From: Hydrogenimonas sp.
GTDB lineage: Bacteria > Campylobacterota > Campylobacteria > Campylobacterales > Hydrogenimonadaceae
Assembly: GCA_003978765.1 (NCBI GenBank)
Contig: QNYO01000025.1
Location: 7,303 to 71,302 of the forward strand
Direction of reading: 5' to 3'
DNA length: 64,000 nt
A program made the position numbers and the translations under genes. Shown piece by piece: positions 51,952-60,714 of the stretch (position 1 is its first letter; each line of letters opens with the position of its first letter). The notes under the pieces are model-generated. The model ran no database searches. It was given only the letters and a program-made list of their open reading frames with translations, and was not told the DNA's origin.

Positions 51952-52835
51952 GCCTCAATACCCCCTATGGCTGTTACAATCGCATACCCTTGATGAACCG
52001 TATCGGGATAAGCAGGAGAGATGCCACGAACACCTCGTCCAATATAGGAGAGATTCATCACCTCATCCATTCTCACAACTGCTCCACACCCTGCCATCAA
52101 CAGTGGGTGTTTAAATGGGTTTTGATAGGCTCTTAATGCCCCATGCTTTCCAAAATGAACCGATAGCTCATACCAATATTGCTGACACTTTACCCCCTCT
52201 AAGACAGAGGCTGAAAGGGTCATAAAGTACTCCCCTGTTTGATGTAACTCTGCCCTTTGCAGAGGCTCCACACAAAATCGCCCTTTCCCAGTCGTGCTAT
52301 CTTTACCATAGCCATAGACTCCAACAAATGCCAAGACCTCTTCAAGTTCGTGCCGACTCAATCGTGACTCATCAACCAAAAAGTAGATCTCTTTGTCACT
52401 CAGTTGGTAGTTTGTTACGTTGTAAGAAGCAAACCGATCACCATCCATACGGAAGTTTCGATAGTCAAGATGATGATGAGCTTGAACAAAATTGCGGTCA
52501 CGATACCCCACCTCATCATCACTCTTTGCTTCATGATACGCACCTTTAACAAGGGCTTCTGGTTGCATCCAAACCTTTTTGGCATCTTCTCGTCTCTTTA
52601 AAGGGGAGAGTCCAAGCATGCGTGGTGGAAGGGTTGGTTTAGGTAAAAAACCTGGAGCAAAAGGGTCACTGACCACCATAAATGGCTCAGATTCATACCC
52701 CTCTAAAAGCTCTTTCAGACGCGCTTCACCATACTGAAAGAGAATCCCCCAACAGAGCTGTCCAAAGAGTGTGTCACCACGCAATGGTGTTGCAAAGGGG
52801 GATTCTGGAATGAGTCTGGTTTTATAGAGTTGCAT
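51948..52835 (-). CDS. csm4: Type III-A CRISPR RAMP Csm4
   Basis: GDTLFGQLCW, SDPF, GYGKDSTTGKGRF. Confidence 0.92.
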   Translation of the reverse strand: MQLYKTRLIPESPFATPLRGDTLFGQLCWGILFQYGEARLKELLEGYESEPFMVVSDPFAPGFLPKPTLPPRMLGLSPLKRREDAKKVWMQPEALVKGAYHEAKSDDEVGYRDRNFVQAHHHLDYRNFRMDGDRFASYNVTNYQLSDKEIYFLVDESRLSRHELEEVLAFVGVYGYGKDSTTGKGRFCVEPLQRAELHQTGEYFMTLSASVLEGVKCQQYWYELSVHFGKHGALRAYQNPFKHPLLMAGCGAVVRMDEVMNLSYIGRGVRGISPAYPDTVHQGYAIVTAIGGIEA

Positions 52836-52838
52836 ACC

Positions 52839-53519
52839 CTACTCACTCAAATGGAACTTAACACGTCCATAACCGCGTGAGCCATTCCCTCCAAGGTAAT
52901 CCTCTTCAACCAAATGCAATCCAAGCTTCACCATATTCAAAAGCTTATCTTCATCATCCAACCCATCAAAGACTTTAATACGAATATCAAGATTGAAAGA
53001 GACACCAGCAGGTACACGCTCAACTTGTCGGGGGTTTTGTGCTGTTCCCTTTTTACGATCAACCATATTCTCATACTTCGCTTCACTTAAGACCATATGC
53101 TTTGAGCTTTCACTGAGCAGACAATCCCCCACACTAATACGGGTCATACCATAGGGGCTATCTGGTGTTGGATCACCAAAAAGCTTCAAAAGTGTCTCTG
53201 CCTCTTCACGCTTTTTTGGATCGATCATAAAGATCTCTTCACGATTCAAGAATTTTCGAGAAAAGGGTTGCCCCTCTTCATAGGGATACTTTCGCCCCAT
53301 ACGCACCAACCCCAAATGCCACTCTAAGAGTGTACGCATCTTTCCTTTGAGTGAACTGCCTGGAATATAGGGCTCATAGATCCCCTTTTTATTCGGGTTA
53401 ACATGACGAATAACACTATTATCGATTCCACCTATCCGCATCGTGTCATCCCCCCGACCGATATGCAATCCTGTCAGCAGTTCGATCTCTCCTTTTACTT
53501 TTCTAATCTTTAGCATCAA
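52839..53519 (-). CDS. csm3: Type III-A CRISPR backbone RNase Csm3
   Basis: TGLHIG, IGGIDNSVIR (catalytic Asp), PYIPGSSLKGK.R, PRQVERVPAG, YLGGNGSRGYG. Confidence 0.95.
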   Translation of the reverse strand: MMLKIRKVKGEIELLTGLHIGRGDDTMRIGGIDNSVIRHVNPNKKGIYEPYIPGSSLKGKMRTLLEWHLGLVRMGRKYPYEEGQPFSRKFLNREEIFMIDPKKREEAETLLKLFGDPTPDSPYGMTRISVGDCLLSESSKHMVLSEAKYENMVDRKKGTAQNPRQVERVPAGVSFNLDIRIKVFDGLDDEDKLLNMVKLGLHLVEEDYLGGNGSRGYGRVKFHLSE

Positions 53520-53905
53520 TCTCTCCCTTTATAAAATCCAAGAACCGCTTCAAAAAAGAGTTTAAAAATTTTGAGTTTCTCAGGAGAATCAACCTGTGCA
53601 ATACACTGTGCCATCATCTCAGCGAAACGGCAATTGAGCACTTCACGTGTTACCCCATAGGCCACTTTAGAGTTCAACATCTTTACAAATGGTTCAATCT
53701 CATCCCACGGTTGTGTCTCACGTGCATCATAATATTTTAAGATTTGGTCATAAAAACTGCGTACCTGTGCCTTCTTTGTTCTCTTATAACGCTCTCTTCC
53801 ATACTCATCTTGGCACTTATCCCCTTCAATCAAAGAAGCCCAATATTTGGCTGTTTCATTAAAGAGTTCAGGATCGACTCTATAGTCAAGAATAATCTTC
53901 TCCAT
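53516..53905 (-). CDS. csm2: Type III-A small subunit Csm2
   Basis: QVR.FY, KVAY, FFEAVLGFY; located between cas10 and csm3. Confidence 0.9.
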   Translation of the reverse strand: MEKIILDYRVDPELFNETAKYWASLIEGDKCQDEYGRERYKRTKKAQVRSFYDQILKYYDARETQPWDEIEPFVKMLNSKVAYGVTREVLNCRFAEMMAQCIAQVDSPEKLKIFKLFFEAVLGFYKGRD

Positions 53906-53909
53906 CCAC

Positions 53910-55511
53910 CTATCTCCTTTGGTAAATAAACTCACTCAAAATCATTTTACACGCTTCAGGTGACGCTTCAATCCACTGATTCAACATATTTAAAAGCTCT
54001 TGTGCCCAAATATTCTGTTCCTCATCACTCTCTTGAAGATATTCAAAGATATTACGCTGAAAGAGATAGTTAAGGCGTGAACGCCACATTGCCCCTTCAA
54101 GAAGATGATCAGGATCTTTCATACTTTGACGCAATACAACAATATTAAAGAGTTGTTCAATGAAATGCATCGATAACCCTGTTAAACGCTTCTGTGCAGT
54201 ATCAAGGGCTTGATAGAGTGCTTTGGCTTCACGATAGGTTTTCCATGCCACTGTTTCACCAAAAAGGGTGATGGCAGATTTGCCTTGAAAGGCTTTCGAG
54301 GCTTCAAGTGCAGCGTTACACGACTGAACAAGATACTCCATAGGTGTGGAAGGGTTGGCAATCACAATCCCCATAGAGAGTGAGAGTCTATCGTATGTAA
54401 AGCGTCTAAACGCCTCTTCAATCTGCTGTGCCAAATCTATAATCTGATCCCACGCTCCTATGAGAAAAAAGTGACCAGCCTCTGCGAAGAGTATCGAGGT
54501 ATTAGGATAGCTTTGGTACATGAGGTGTGATAGATCCTGCTTGAAAAACTGGTCAAGTGATGCCATAAAGCTATGGAGATGTTCAAAAGAGGCTTTTAAA
54601 TGGTTCTGCTCTAAAAAGATCTCCAGATTATCAATATCTCCCTTTAAGAGTCCCAACGCTTTAAGCCCATGATCATTGGTTGGAGAACTCCGCTCTGCCA
54701 GATCGTTCAATGATGCGATCTCTTCTCTCTCATTAGTCGTACAATAAGTGATCTGCGAGAGATCCATCAACGCAATGGCATCTGAACGATCATCAAAGGC
54801 GATACCATAGCCATCAAAAAAGTCTATCTCTCCATCATTACGTACCAGTGCTACACTCTTGTTTTCTACCAGTGACTCACCAAGCTTCATCCACTGTTGA
54901 CATAGATCACAGATAGCCTCTCTCTTCCCTTGACGAAGGTTACAGATTGGACAAAGATTCTGATGATCGATATCTTCATCATACGCTAAGAGTGCCTGTT
55001 GGTTGGGAAGATCAAACTTTTGATACCATGCCTGCTCTATACGTCCTCTCATCTCTTCTTGAAATTCTCGATAAGCTACTCGATCCTGCCAGATAGCTGA
55101 CGTACAACTCATCCAGACAAGACTCAATCCACCCAAACCATAGAAGTGATTCAAACAGAAGCTATTGAAACTTTGACGAAGCTCCTCTAAAGTTTGGTAA
55201 TCGATTGTAGGAGAGAGAATCTCAAATCCTCTACTCGAACATGAGAGAATAGCATCTGGTGAGAGACCAAGCTGATCACAGATGCGATAGGCTGATAGGT
55301 GCATAAAGAGCTCGATATAGACTGACTTTGCCTGTAATATCTGATGGGCATGTTGGGTTGAGACTCCTCTAAAAAGAAAGCTCTCCAGACCAAAAAAGTG
55401 ACCAGAGATGAGTAGATAATCGTCTGAATCATCACATGGGGGTACCTTCTTTTGAAAGATCGGTATGAAGTCACCAAATGTTGTAGAAAATGTCTCTTCA
55501 AACCGACTCAT
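53910..55511 (-). CDS. cas10: Cas10/Csm1, HD-less with degenerate Palm active site
   Basis: Palm1 LISGHFFG, zinc finger CPIC..CDLC, KGDIDNL, FAEAGHFFLIGAW in place of FAGGDDLFLIGAW; only 533 aa. Confidence 0.88.
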   Translation of the reverse strand: MSRFEETFSTTFGDFIPIFQKKVPPCDDSDDYLLISGHFFGLESFLFRGVSTQHAHQILQAKSVYIELFMHLSAYRICDQLGLSPDAILSCSSRGFEILSPTIDYQTLEELRQSFNSFCLNHFYGLGGLSLVWMSCTSAIWQDRVAYREFQEEMRGRIEQAWYQKFDLPNQQALLAYDEDIDHQNLCPICNLRQGKREAICDLCQQWMKLGESLVENKSVALVRNDGEIDFFDGYGIAFDDRSDAIALMDLSQITYCTTNEREEIASLNDLAERSSPTNDHGLKALGLLKGDIDNLEIFLEQNHLKASFEHLHSFMASLDQFFKQDLSHLMYQSYPNTSILFAEAGHFFLIGAWDQIIDLAQQIEEAFRRFTYDRLSLSMGIVIANPSTPMEYLVQSCNAALEASKAFQGKSAITLFGETVAWKTYREAKALYQALDTAQKRLTGLSMHFIEQLFNIVVLRQSMKDPDHLLEGAMWRSRLNYLFQRNIFEYLQESDEEQNIWAQELLNMLNQWIEASPEACKMILSEFIYQRR

Positions 55512-56350
55512 TGATACTCCTTAAGCGGTGTCAGCCTATAATCTCCCAGTCCAAAAACTGTCTGCTTGCCTGCCCCAATCACTTCACCTATCTTCAAATA
55601 ACCGTATGATCGCTCATCCAAACCCCGAATCACCACACTTCCTATCACCCCTCCTAATTTCATACGACACTTCTGCCGATTGGAGTAGCGATAGAGATCA
55701 AGATAGTGAAGATCACTCTTCTCTATCTCACCTTCAATGCGGTATCCAAGCTTTTGTGAAGGCAACCCTTTAAGGGCACGATAGCGATGGTGAATCGTCG
55801 TAATAAGTGTTGGTAGTGAAGGGGTATGATAGATGAGATGATTATTCATCTTCATACGGAGTGGCATACGAAACTCCAACCGTACATCACGATAACACTC
55901 CTCGACAGAAGTCGAGCATGGTTGCACCCGATCTATTGGAAGAAATCTCTCTCCATCATAGACAAGATGTACTCCAACATGAATATTGGCTACCTTCACC
56001 TTTTGTTGATCTTTTCCCAATCCCGTCTCTTCAAGTGACTTTTTCATCGCTGAGAGAATATAGGGCATCTGTGCAACCCGATCTTCAAAGAGATAGATAG
56101 AAAAAGCCAGATGCTTCATACCCAGTGCCGAGACAATACGATAAGGGTGGTAGAGGTTCACTTTTTCAAAAAAGTCGTAATAGAGACATGTTGCAGTGGC
56201 AAAACATCCACTGCATTGATATGAGGGGTTGATACAGACCATCCGTTTCAATGTCACGCCCAATGCCCCACGCAACATCGAACCTGAAAAGAAGGGTGGT
56301 TGATACGCTGTAACTGCCTCAATATCTATTTTTATCCATGTAATTTTCAT
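55508..56350 (-). CDS. cas6: CRISPR pre-crRNA endoribonuclease Cas6
   Basis: GSMLRGALG, Cys cluster CINP...C..C.....C.Y, RYSNRQ, G-rich loop GAGKQTVFGLG. Confidence 0.92.
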   Translation of the reverse strand: MKITWIKIDIEAVTAYQPPFFSGSMLRGALGVTLKRMVCINPSYQCSGCFATATCLYYDFFEKVNLYHPYRIVSALGMKHLAFSIYLFEDRVAQMPYILSAMKKSLEETGLGKDQQKVKVANIHVGVHLVYDGERFLPIDRVQPCSTSVEECYRDVRLEFRMPLRMKMNNHLIYHTPSLPTLITTIHHRYRALKGLPSQKLGYRIEGEIEKSDLHYLDLYRYSNRQKCRMKLGGVIGSVVIRGLDERSYGYLKIGEVIGAGKQTVFGLGDYRLTPLKEYQ

Positions 56351-56488
56351 TAAAACCTAAAAACAATAATTTAAAACTATTATACAACTAAAATCCTTTT
56401 ATAAAGTTTTGATCTATTTCAAATAACACAAATATATGATGGTAGTGATAATATTTTGTGATAGGAGATAGAGAGAGTGAAGGGGCTT

Positions 56489-56512
56489 AAAGCGACAGAC
56501 ACGATGTCGCCT
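56489..56512 (-). terminator. Putative terminator downstream of the mini-array
   Basis: Minus strand GCGACA-tcgtgtc-TGTCGC followed by TTT. Confidence 0.5.
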
Positions 56513-56539
56513 ATTGCCTCTTCCAATTGATACTGATAG

Positions 56540-56642
56540 AGAGAAATCCCCTTAAAACCGGGTCTAATTATTCAATATCAAACATAAATGAGACGACTTA
56601 TAGATGTCTCAATCCCCTTGAAAACGGGTCGAATCTATATCA
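56540..56642 (-). CRISPR. CRISPR mini-array: two degenerate repeats and one ~29-nt spacer
   Basis: AATCCCCTTAAAACCGGGTC (56545-56564) and AATCCCCTTGAAAACGGGTC (56611-56630) are 18/20 identical and 66 nt apart; CCC/GGG hairpin core; the minus-strand repeat ends ATTGAGAC (8-nt handle-like); adjacent to cas6. Confidence 0.75.
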
Positions 56643-56719
56643 TCAGCTTTCATGAATGATCTACTTTAACAAGTTAAAACTAATTCTACTCTTAAAGTTG
56701 GTATTTCAATCTTTTATCA

Positions 56720-59059
56720 TTAAATAATTGCATCTTGTGTTAACATTTCACACAACTGCTTAACCTCCTTTTTATTGAGAATACTCTCAATATTGGATGT
56801 TGCTCTCAATGTTTTCATCACAGTTAGATCCTCTTCAACCGAGATGACAATGACGGGCGTTTTAATCCCCTCATCCTCCATATATTGTAAAACCTCTGCA
56901 CAGATCCCATCGCTCAAATAGAAATCCAAAATCACCAAATCAAAGCTTTCAACTGTTAACAACTTCTTAGCACCATTATTGGAGTCGGTAAAAGTGAGTC
57001 GAAACTTATCTTGCAGATACTCTTCAAAAATTTCACGAGAGTTTTGGCTATCTTCCACAATCAAAATATGTTTTGCCGTTTCGGGTGCTTTAAAGAGTGA
57101 GTAGGAGTTGGATGGTGGATCAATGGTAGGGATTGTCAGATGGAAGCAACTCCCCTTTCCTGCTTCACTCTCCACCCAGATACGACCTCGATGAAGCTCT
57201 TCAACAATCTTTTTACAGATCATCAACCCAAGTCCACTGCCTGCTTCACTCTTTTGGTAAACATTTTCGATCTGAACAAATGGCTGAAAGAGTTTAAGCT
57301 GATCCTCTTTAGAGATTCCGATTCCTGTATCACAGATAGAGAAGTGGTAAGAGTTGCTATCCTCTTCATAATAGACATGTAAAGAGACCTCACCACCTTT
57401 GGGGGTAAATTTAATGGCATTACTCATTAAGTTAAGCAAAACTTGCTTTAAAAGCATGGGATCAACCACCATGGTCATCGATTGATCAACCTTTAAGTTG
57501 AGTTGGATATCCTTTTGATTTGCTAATGGACGTGTAAGCGTTTCAACCTCTTTAATAATTGTCTTGACATCACTCAAAGTTGGATTAAAACGCATTTTAC
57601 CCGCTTCAAGTTTCGCAAAATCCAAAATAGTATTGACAAGATTGAGAAGATTGTTGCCCGCAATATTGATCTTCTCAATATAGGCCTTAATATGCTCAGG
57701 CGTATCTGGACGCATCATAAGGATTTGGGAAAATCCATTGATAGCATTGAGAGGTGTTCGCAACTCATGGGACATATTGGCCAAAAAGACATCTTTGGCG
57801 CGATTGGCACTCTCTGCTTTATCGGCAAACTCCATCAATGACTGTTCACGCTCTTTAATAGAGAAATTCAGTTCAAGTGCTTCAAGGAGTAGAATCAAAA
57901 TCTCTTCAAGATAGAGTTTATTGACCAAAGGTTTGAGTTGAATGCCCAAATAGAAGCTATACTGTTTGTATTGAATATGTTTGGTAATATCAAAAGTGTT
58001 ACCATCCAATGGCTCTGTTTGCACAACAATCTCTTCAATCGCCCATGGCATCACCGACTTAAGACTCTCTTTAACACGTGCCATCACATTTTTCTGAATA
58101 TCATACTCTGAAATTAAGATCAAATCGCGTTGAGAAAAGATTGTATGGATTGCACGGATCGCTTTCAATCCTGCATGTAACGAAAGAAAACCGCTGGTCG
58201 AAAACTCTTTAAGGGGACGATCCATCAACTCATAGAGTTGATTGGTTACTCGCGTCAATGCATCAAAATGGTCACGTATTTTCTGTTTATTCCCCTCTTC
58301 AACCATACGTTTAAAGGCTGTAAGTTCGTGATGCCATGCCATATGGAGTGATTTAAGCTCTTCAATATCGATACCTAATGTTTTAAGACGCTCTAATTGA
58401 TCACTCAAACGCTCTAATAGTTGGTGAAACTTACACTCGAATGGATCTTCAATTATTGTACTGAGTTGTTGGGTTGTATGATCGGGATGCTTCATATAGG
58501 CTTCAATCAAAGAGTAGTTCTCTTTATGAATGGCAAAAGCACTATAGACCTCATCAATAATCTCGATAGATGAGAGTTGACGCATACGATCCGATGATTG
58601 GTAGTAGGCATGGTAGGTACTATCAATAATGATATACTCCACCATTGCAAAAAATTTGCTAATCATCTCATAGTGGTGTTTAATCACTGGATCAACCAGT
58701 GACATTTTATAAAGAAGACGATTCAGTGCCCAAAAGCCATAGGTCACTTTACCACTCTCCAGTCGTATGCCAGCATGAATTGCACCAACCTTTTGTATCC
58801 GGCTCAAATAGGCTTGATCAATAGGCGCTGAAAAGATAAAGATGATAAACTCTTGCATCGTTTTTAGCAGACGATCGATATCGGTATGTCGAAAATAGCG
58901 TACCATCTGCTCATCATCTTTGAGATACTCATGATAGAACTTCTCAATCAAAATTGAGCTCATAACTGAAAGCTTATCATGAAGTGCCTCTCGTGCCTCA
59001 ATATCCTCTGCGGTAATATGGAACTGTCGAAGTAGATTCTCAATCGTCAACTGGTGCAT
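56720..59059 (-). CDS. Globin-coupled hybrid histidine kinase (protoglobin-CZB-HisKA-HATPase-REC)
   Basis: Globin FY..., VG.IH proximal His; CZB-like H, ECKF, H..WH; ANMSHELRTPLN, DTGIG, GSGLGL; C-terminal REC. Confidence 0.88.
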   Translation of the reverse strand: MHQLTIENLLRQFHITAEDIEAREALHDKLSVMSSILIEKFYHEYLKDDEQMVRYFRHTDIDRLLKTMQEFIIFIFSAPIDQAYLSRIQKVGAIHAGIRLESGKVTYGFWALNRLLYKMSLVDPVIKHHYEMISKFFAMVEYIIIDSTYHAYYQSSDRMRQLSSIEIIDEVYSAFAIHKENYSLIEAYMKHPDHTTQQLSTIIEDPFECKFHQLLERLSDQLERLKTLGIDIEELKSLHMAWHHELTAFKRMVEEGNKQKIRDHFDALTRVTNQLYELMDRPLKEFSTSGFLSLHAGLKAIRAIHTIFSQRDLILISEYDIQKNVMARVKESLKSVMPWAIEEIVVQTEPLDGNTFDITKHIQYKQYSFYLGIQLKPLVNKLYLEEILILLLEALELNFSIKEREQSLMEFADKAESANRAKDVFLANMSHELRTPLNAINGFSQILMMRPDTPEHIKAYIEKINIAGNNLLNLVNTILDFAKLEAGKMRFNPTLSDVKTIIKEVETLTRPLANQKDIQLNLKVDQSMTMVVDPMLLKQVLLNLMSNAIKFTPKGGEVSLHVYYEEDSNSYHFSICDTGIGISKEDQLKLFQPFVQIENVYQKSEAGSGLGLMICKKIVEELHRGRIWVESEAGKGSCFHLTIPTIDPPSNSYSLFKAPETAKHILIVEDSQNSREIFEEYLQDKFRLTFTDSNNGAKKLLTVESFDLVILDFYLSDGICAEVLQYMEDEGIKTPVIVISVEEDLTVMKTLRATSNIESILNKKEVKQLCEMLTQDAII

Positions 59060-60101
59060 TGTCGATGCTTCCTAATAGATTGGTTTTGTTAAAGACTTTA
59101 ATGGAATTAAAGCCTTCATTGGTAATCTCACCAATACTGGTAATACCAAAAATGGGCTGCATGCCCGATGTTTCAGCGGCAATCGCCTCAATCTCTTGAA
59201 TAAAGTCATCTCCCATATAAAGCACCCTTGAGATACAGTCAAAGAGGAGATGAATATGGTTGGGATGAGGGGTAAGTGTGAGCCGTGCATTATCCACAGC
59301 CGCCTCAATCAAACCAGCATGATCACCCTTCATAATATAGACGGTCTCATTGGTTGCAATCGATGAGACCATTAAGAGTGCCTGTTCATCGGTTGGTTGA
59401 AGTGGATCACGGACAATAAACTCATTTTGAGTATAAGAGAGAATTCCAAAGGGGTAAGCTTTTGCCACATCAAAAAAGTTCTCAGATGTAATCTCCTGAC
59501 CATCAAGATCACGCAACACCTTCGCATAGACTTCAAAAGCGGGTTCATTGTTGAGTTCATAGATAATATTATCTTTCGATTTCGTTACAACCAAAGGGCC
59601 ATAGAGTGGCTTCCATCCATGCTTAACCCCCACATGAATGGGTGCTTCAATCTCGACAATGAGTGAGTGACACTGATAACTCTGCTCTTGATCAAAAATT
59701 GATGGCATCGGTGTTAAACTTTTTCCCCCTACCCCAGAACCAAAGAGAGTTTGTGTCGTTAAGAGAGTACCAAACTGCTCCAAAAAGGGTTCAAAAGAGC
59801 TATTGAAAAGATCACTAAACATCATTAAGGTCGTATTGGCTCTCAATGACACCTCAGGTGGCCTCTTCATATCCAACAGATAGAAGTTAACATGATCACG
59901 TTCATCAAAACGGATCTCTAAAATCCCCTCATGATAGAGTTGGTTATTGGCAATAATATGGGGAACAATAGCACCATAAAAAGGTTGTTCTACCTCTTGA
60001 CATAACTGTGCAATATCGACCGTTTCAGTAACCAGATAGAGACGTGGATCGCTCTTTGATCGCGTAATCTCATTAGGAGAATGGTAGTAGGTAATCTTCA
60101 T
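59040..60101 (-). CDS. FIST domain sensor protein
   Basis: HGWKP, IYELNNEPAF.VY, YPFG, DCISR, SIGEI, FNKT. Confidence 0.88.
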   Translation of the reverse strand: MKITYYHSPNEITRSKSDPRLYLVTETVDIAQLCQEVEQPFYGAIVPHIIANNQLYHEGILEIRFDERDHVNFYLLDMKRPPEVSLRANTTLMMFSDLFNSSFEPFLEQFGTLLTTQTLFGSGVGGKSLTPMPSIFDQEQSYQCHSLIVEIEAPIHVGVKHGWKPLYGPLVVTKSKDNIIYELNNEPAFEVYAKVLRDLDGQEITSENFFDVAKAYPFGILSYTQNEFIVRDPLQPTDEQALLMVSSIATNETVYIMKGDHAGLIEAAVDNARLTLTPHPNHIHLLFDCISRVLYMGDDFIQEIEAIAAETSGMQPIFGITSIGEITNEGFNSIKVFNKTNLLGSIDNAPVDD

Positions 60102-60466
60102 TAATGGCTCTCAATCCATGGTATAAGTTTTTGTTGTAATATCGTTGCGGAAAGGGGTTTGGAGATATAGTCATCAAATCCGTGCATCAAAATCTTCTCT
60201 CGATCACCCTCCACTGCCAATGCCGTCACGGCAATAATTGGCCCCTTATAGTGCCGTTCATTACGCAATTTATCATACAACATAAACCCATCAATGGTCT
60301 GCATATCAATATCCGTCAAAACCAAGTCAAACTCAAAAGGCTCCAACTGAAGGGCTTCTACAGCAGAGGCTAAGACAGTGAGTGTGACATGAGGAAACTG
60401 CAGTTTAATCATATCGTGCAAAACGATCTGATTAAACTCATCATCTTCAATAATAAGAATATGCAT
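60101..60466 (-). CDS. Single-domain response regulator (DivK-like)
   Basis: ILIIEDD, LTDIDM, IAVTALA..GDRE, YISKP; start after AAGGAG. Confidence 0.9.
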   Translation of the reverse strand: MHILIIEDDEFNQIVLHDMIKLQFPHVTLTVLASAVEALQLEPFEFDLVLTDIDMQTIDGFMLYDKLRNERHYKGPIIAVTALAVEGDREKILMHGFDDYISKPLSATILQQKLIPWIESH

Positions 60467-60714
60467 TAAAATACTCTCCTTTCCCCTCCATCGAAAAAAA
60501 AATAGAATTTTATTGATTATAGCAGATGATTCTATAACAATCATAGTGTGTATGCAATCTTTTTGCAATCATCTACGATAGAGTTGCATGGATAAGAAGC
60601 TCTAACGATACCAACCCTATAAAAATTCAATAAATCAGCTTCTATCAAGCAGACCAAAGTATGCTATGATAAAACTCTTTTTCCACCACACGACCCACAC
60701 ATCTAAGGATAGAA

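Noticed and set aside
56420-56440. Loose similarity (about 14/18) between the cas6 upstream region and the repeat/spacer junction
   Set aside because: AT-rich and same-sense as the guide, so an RNA-targeting complex could not pair with it.
49530-56720. Mobile element or transposon carrying the cas locus
   Set aside because: No transposase, integrase, tRNA or flanking direct/inverted repeats were seen.
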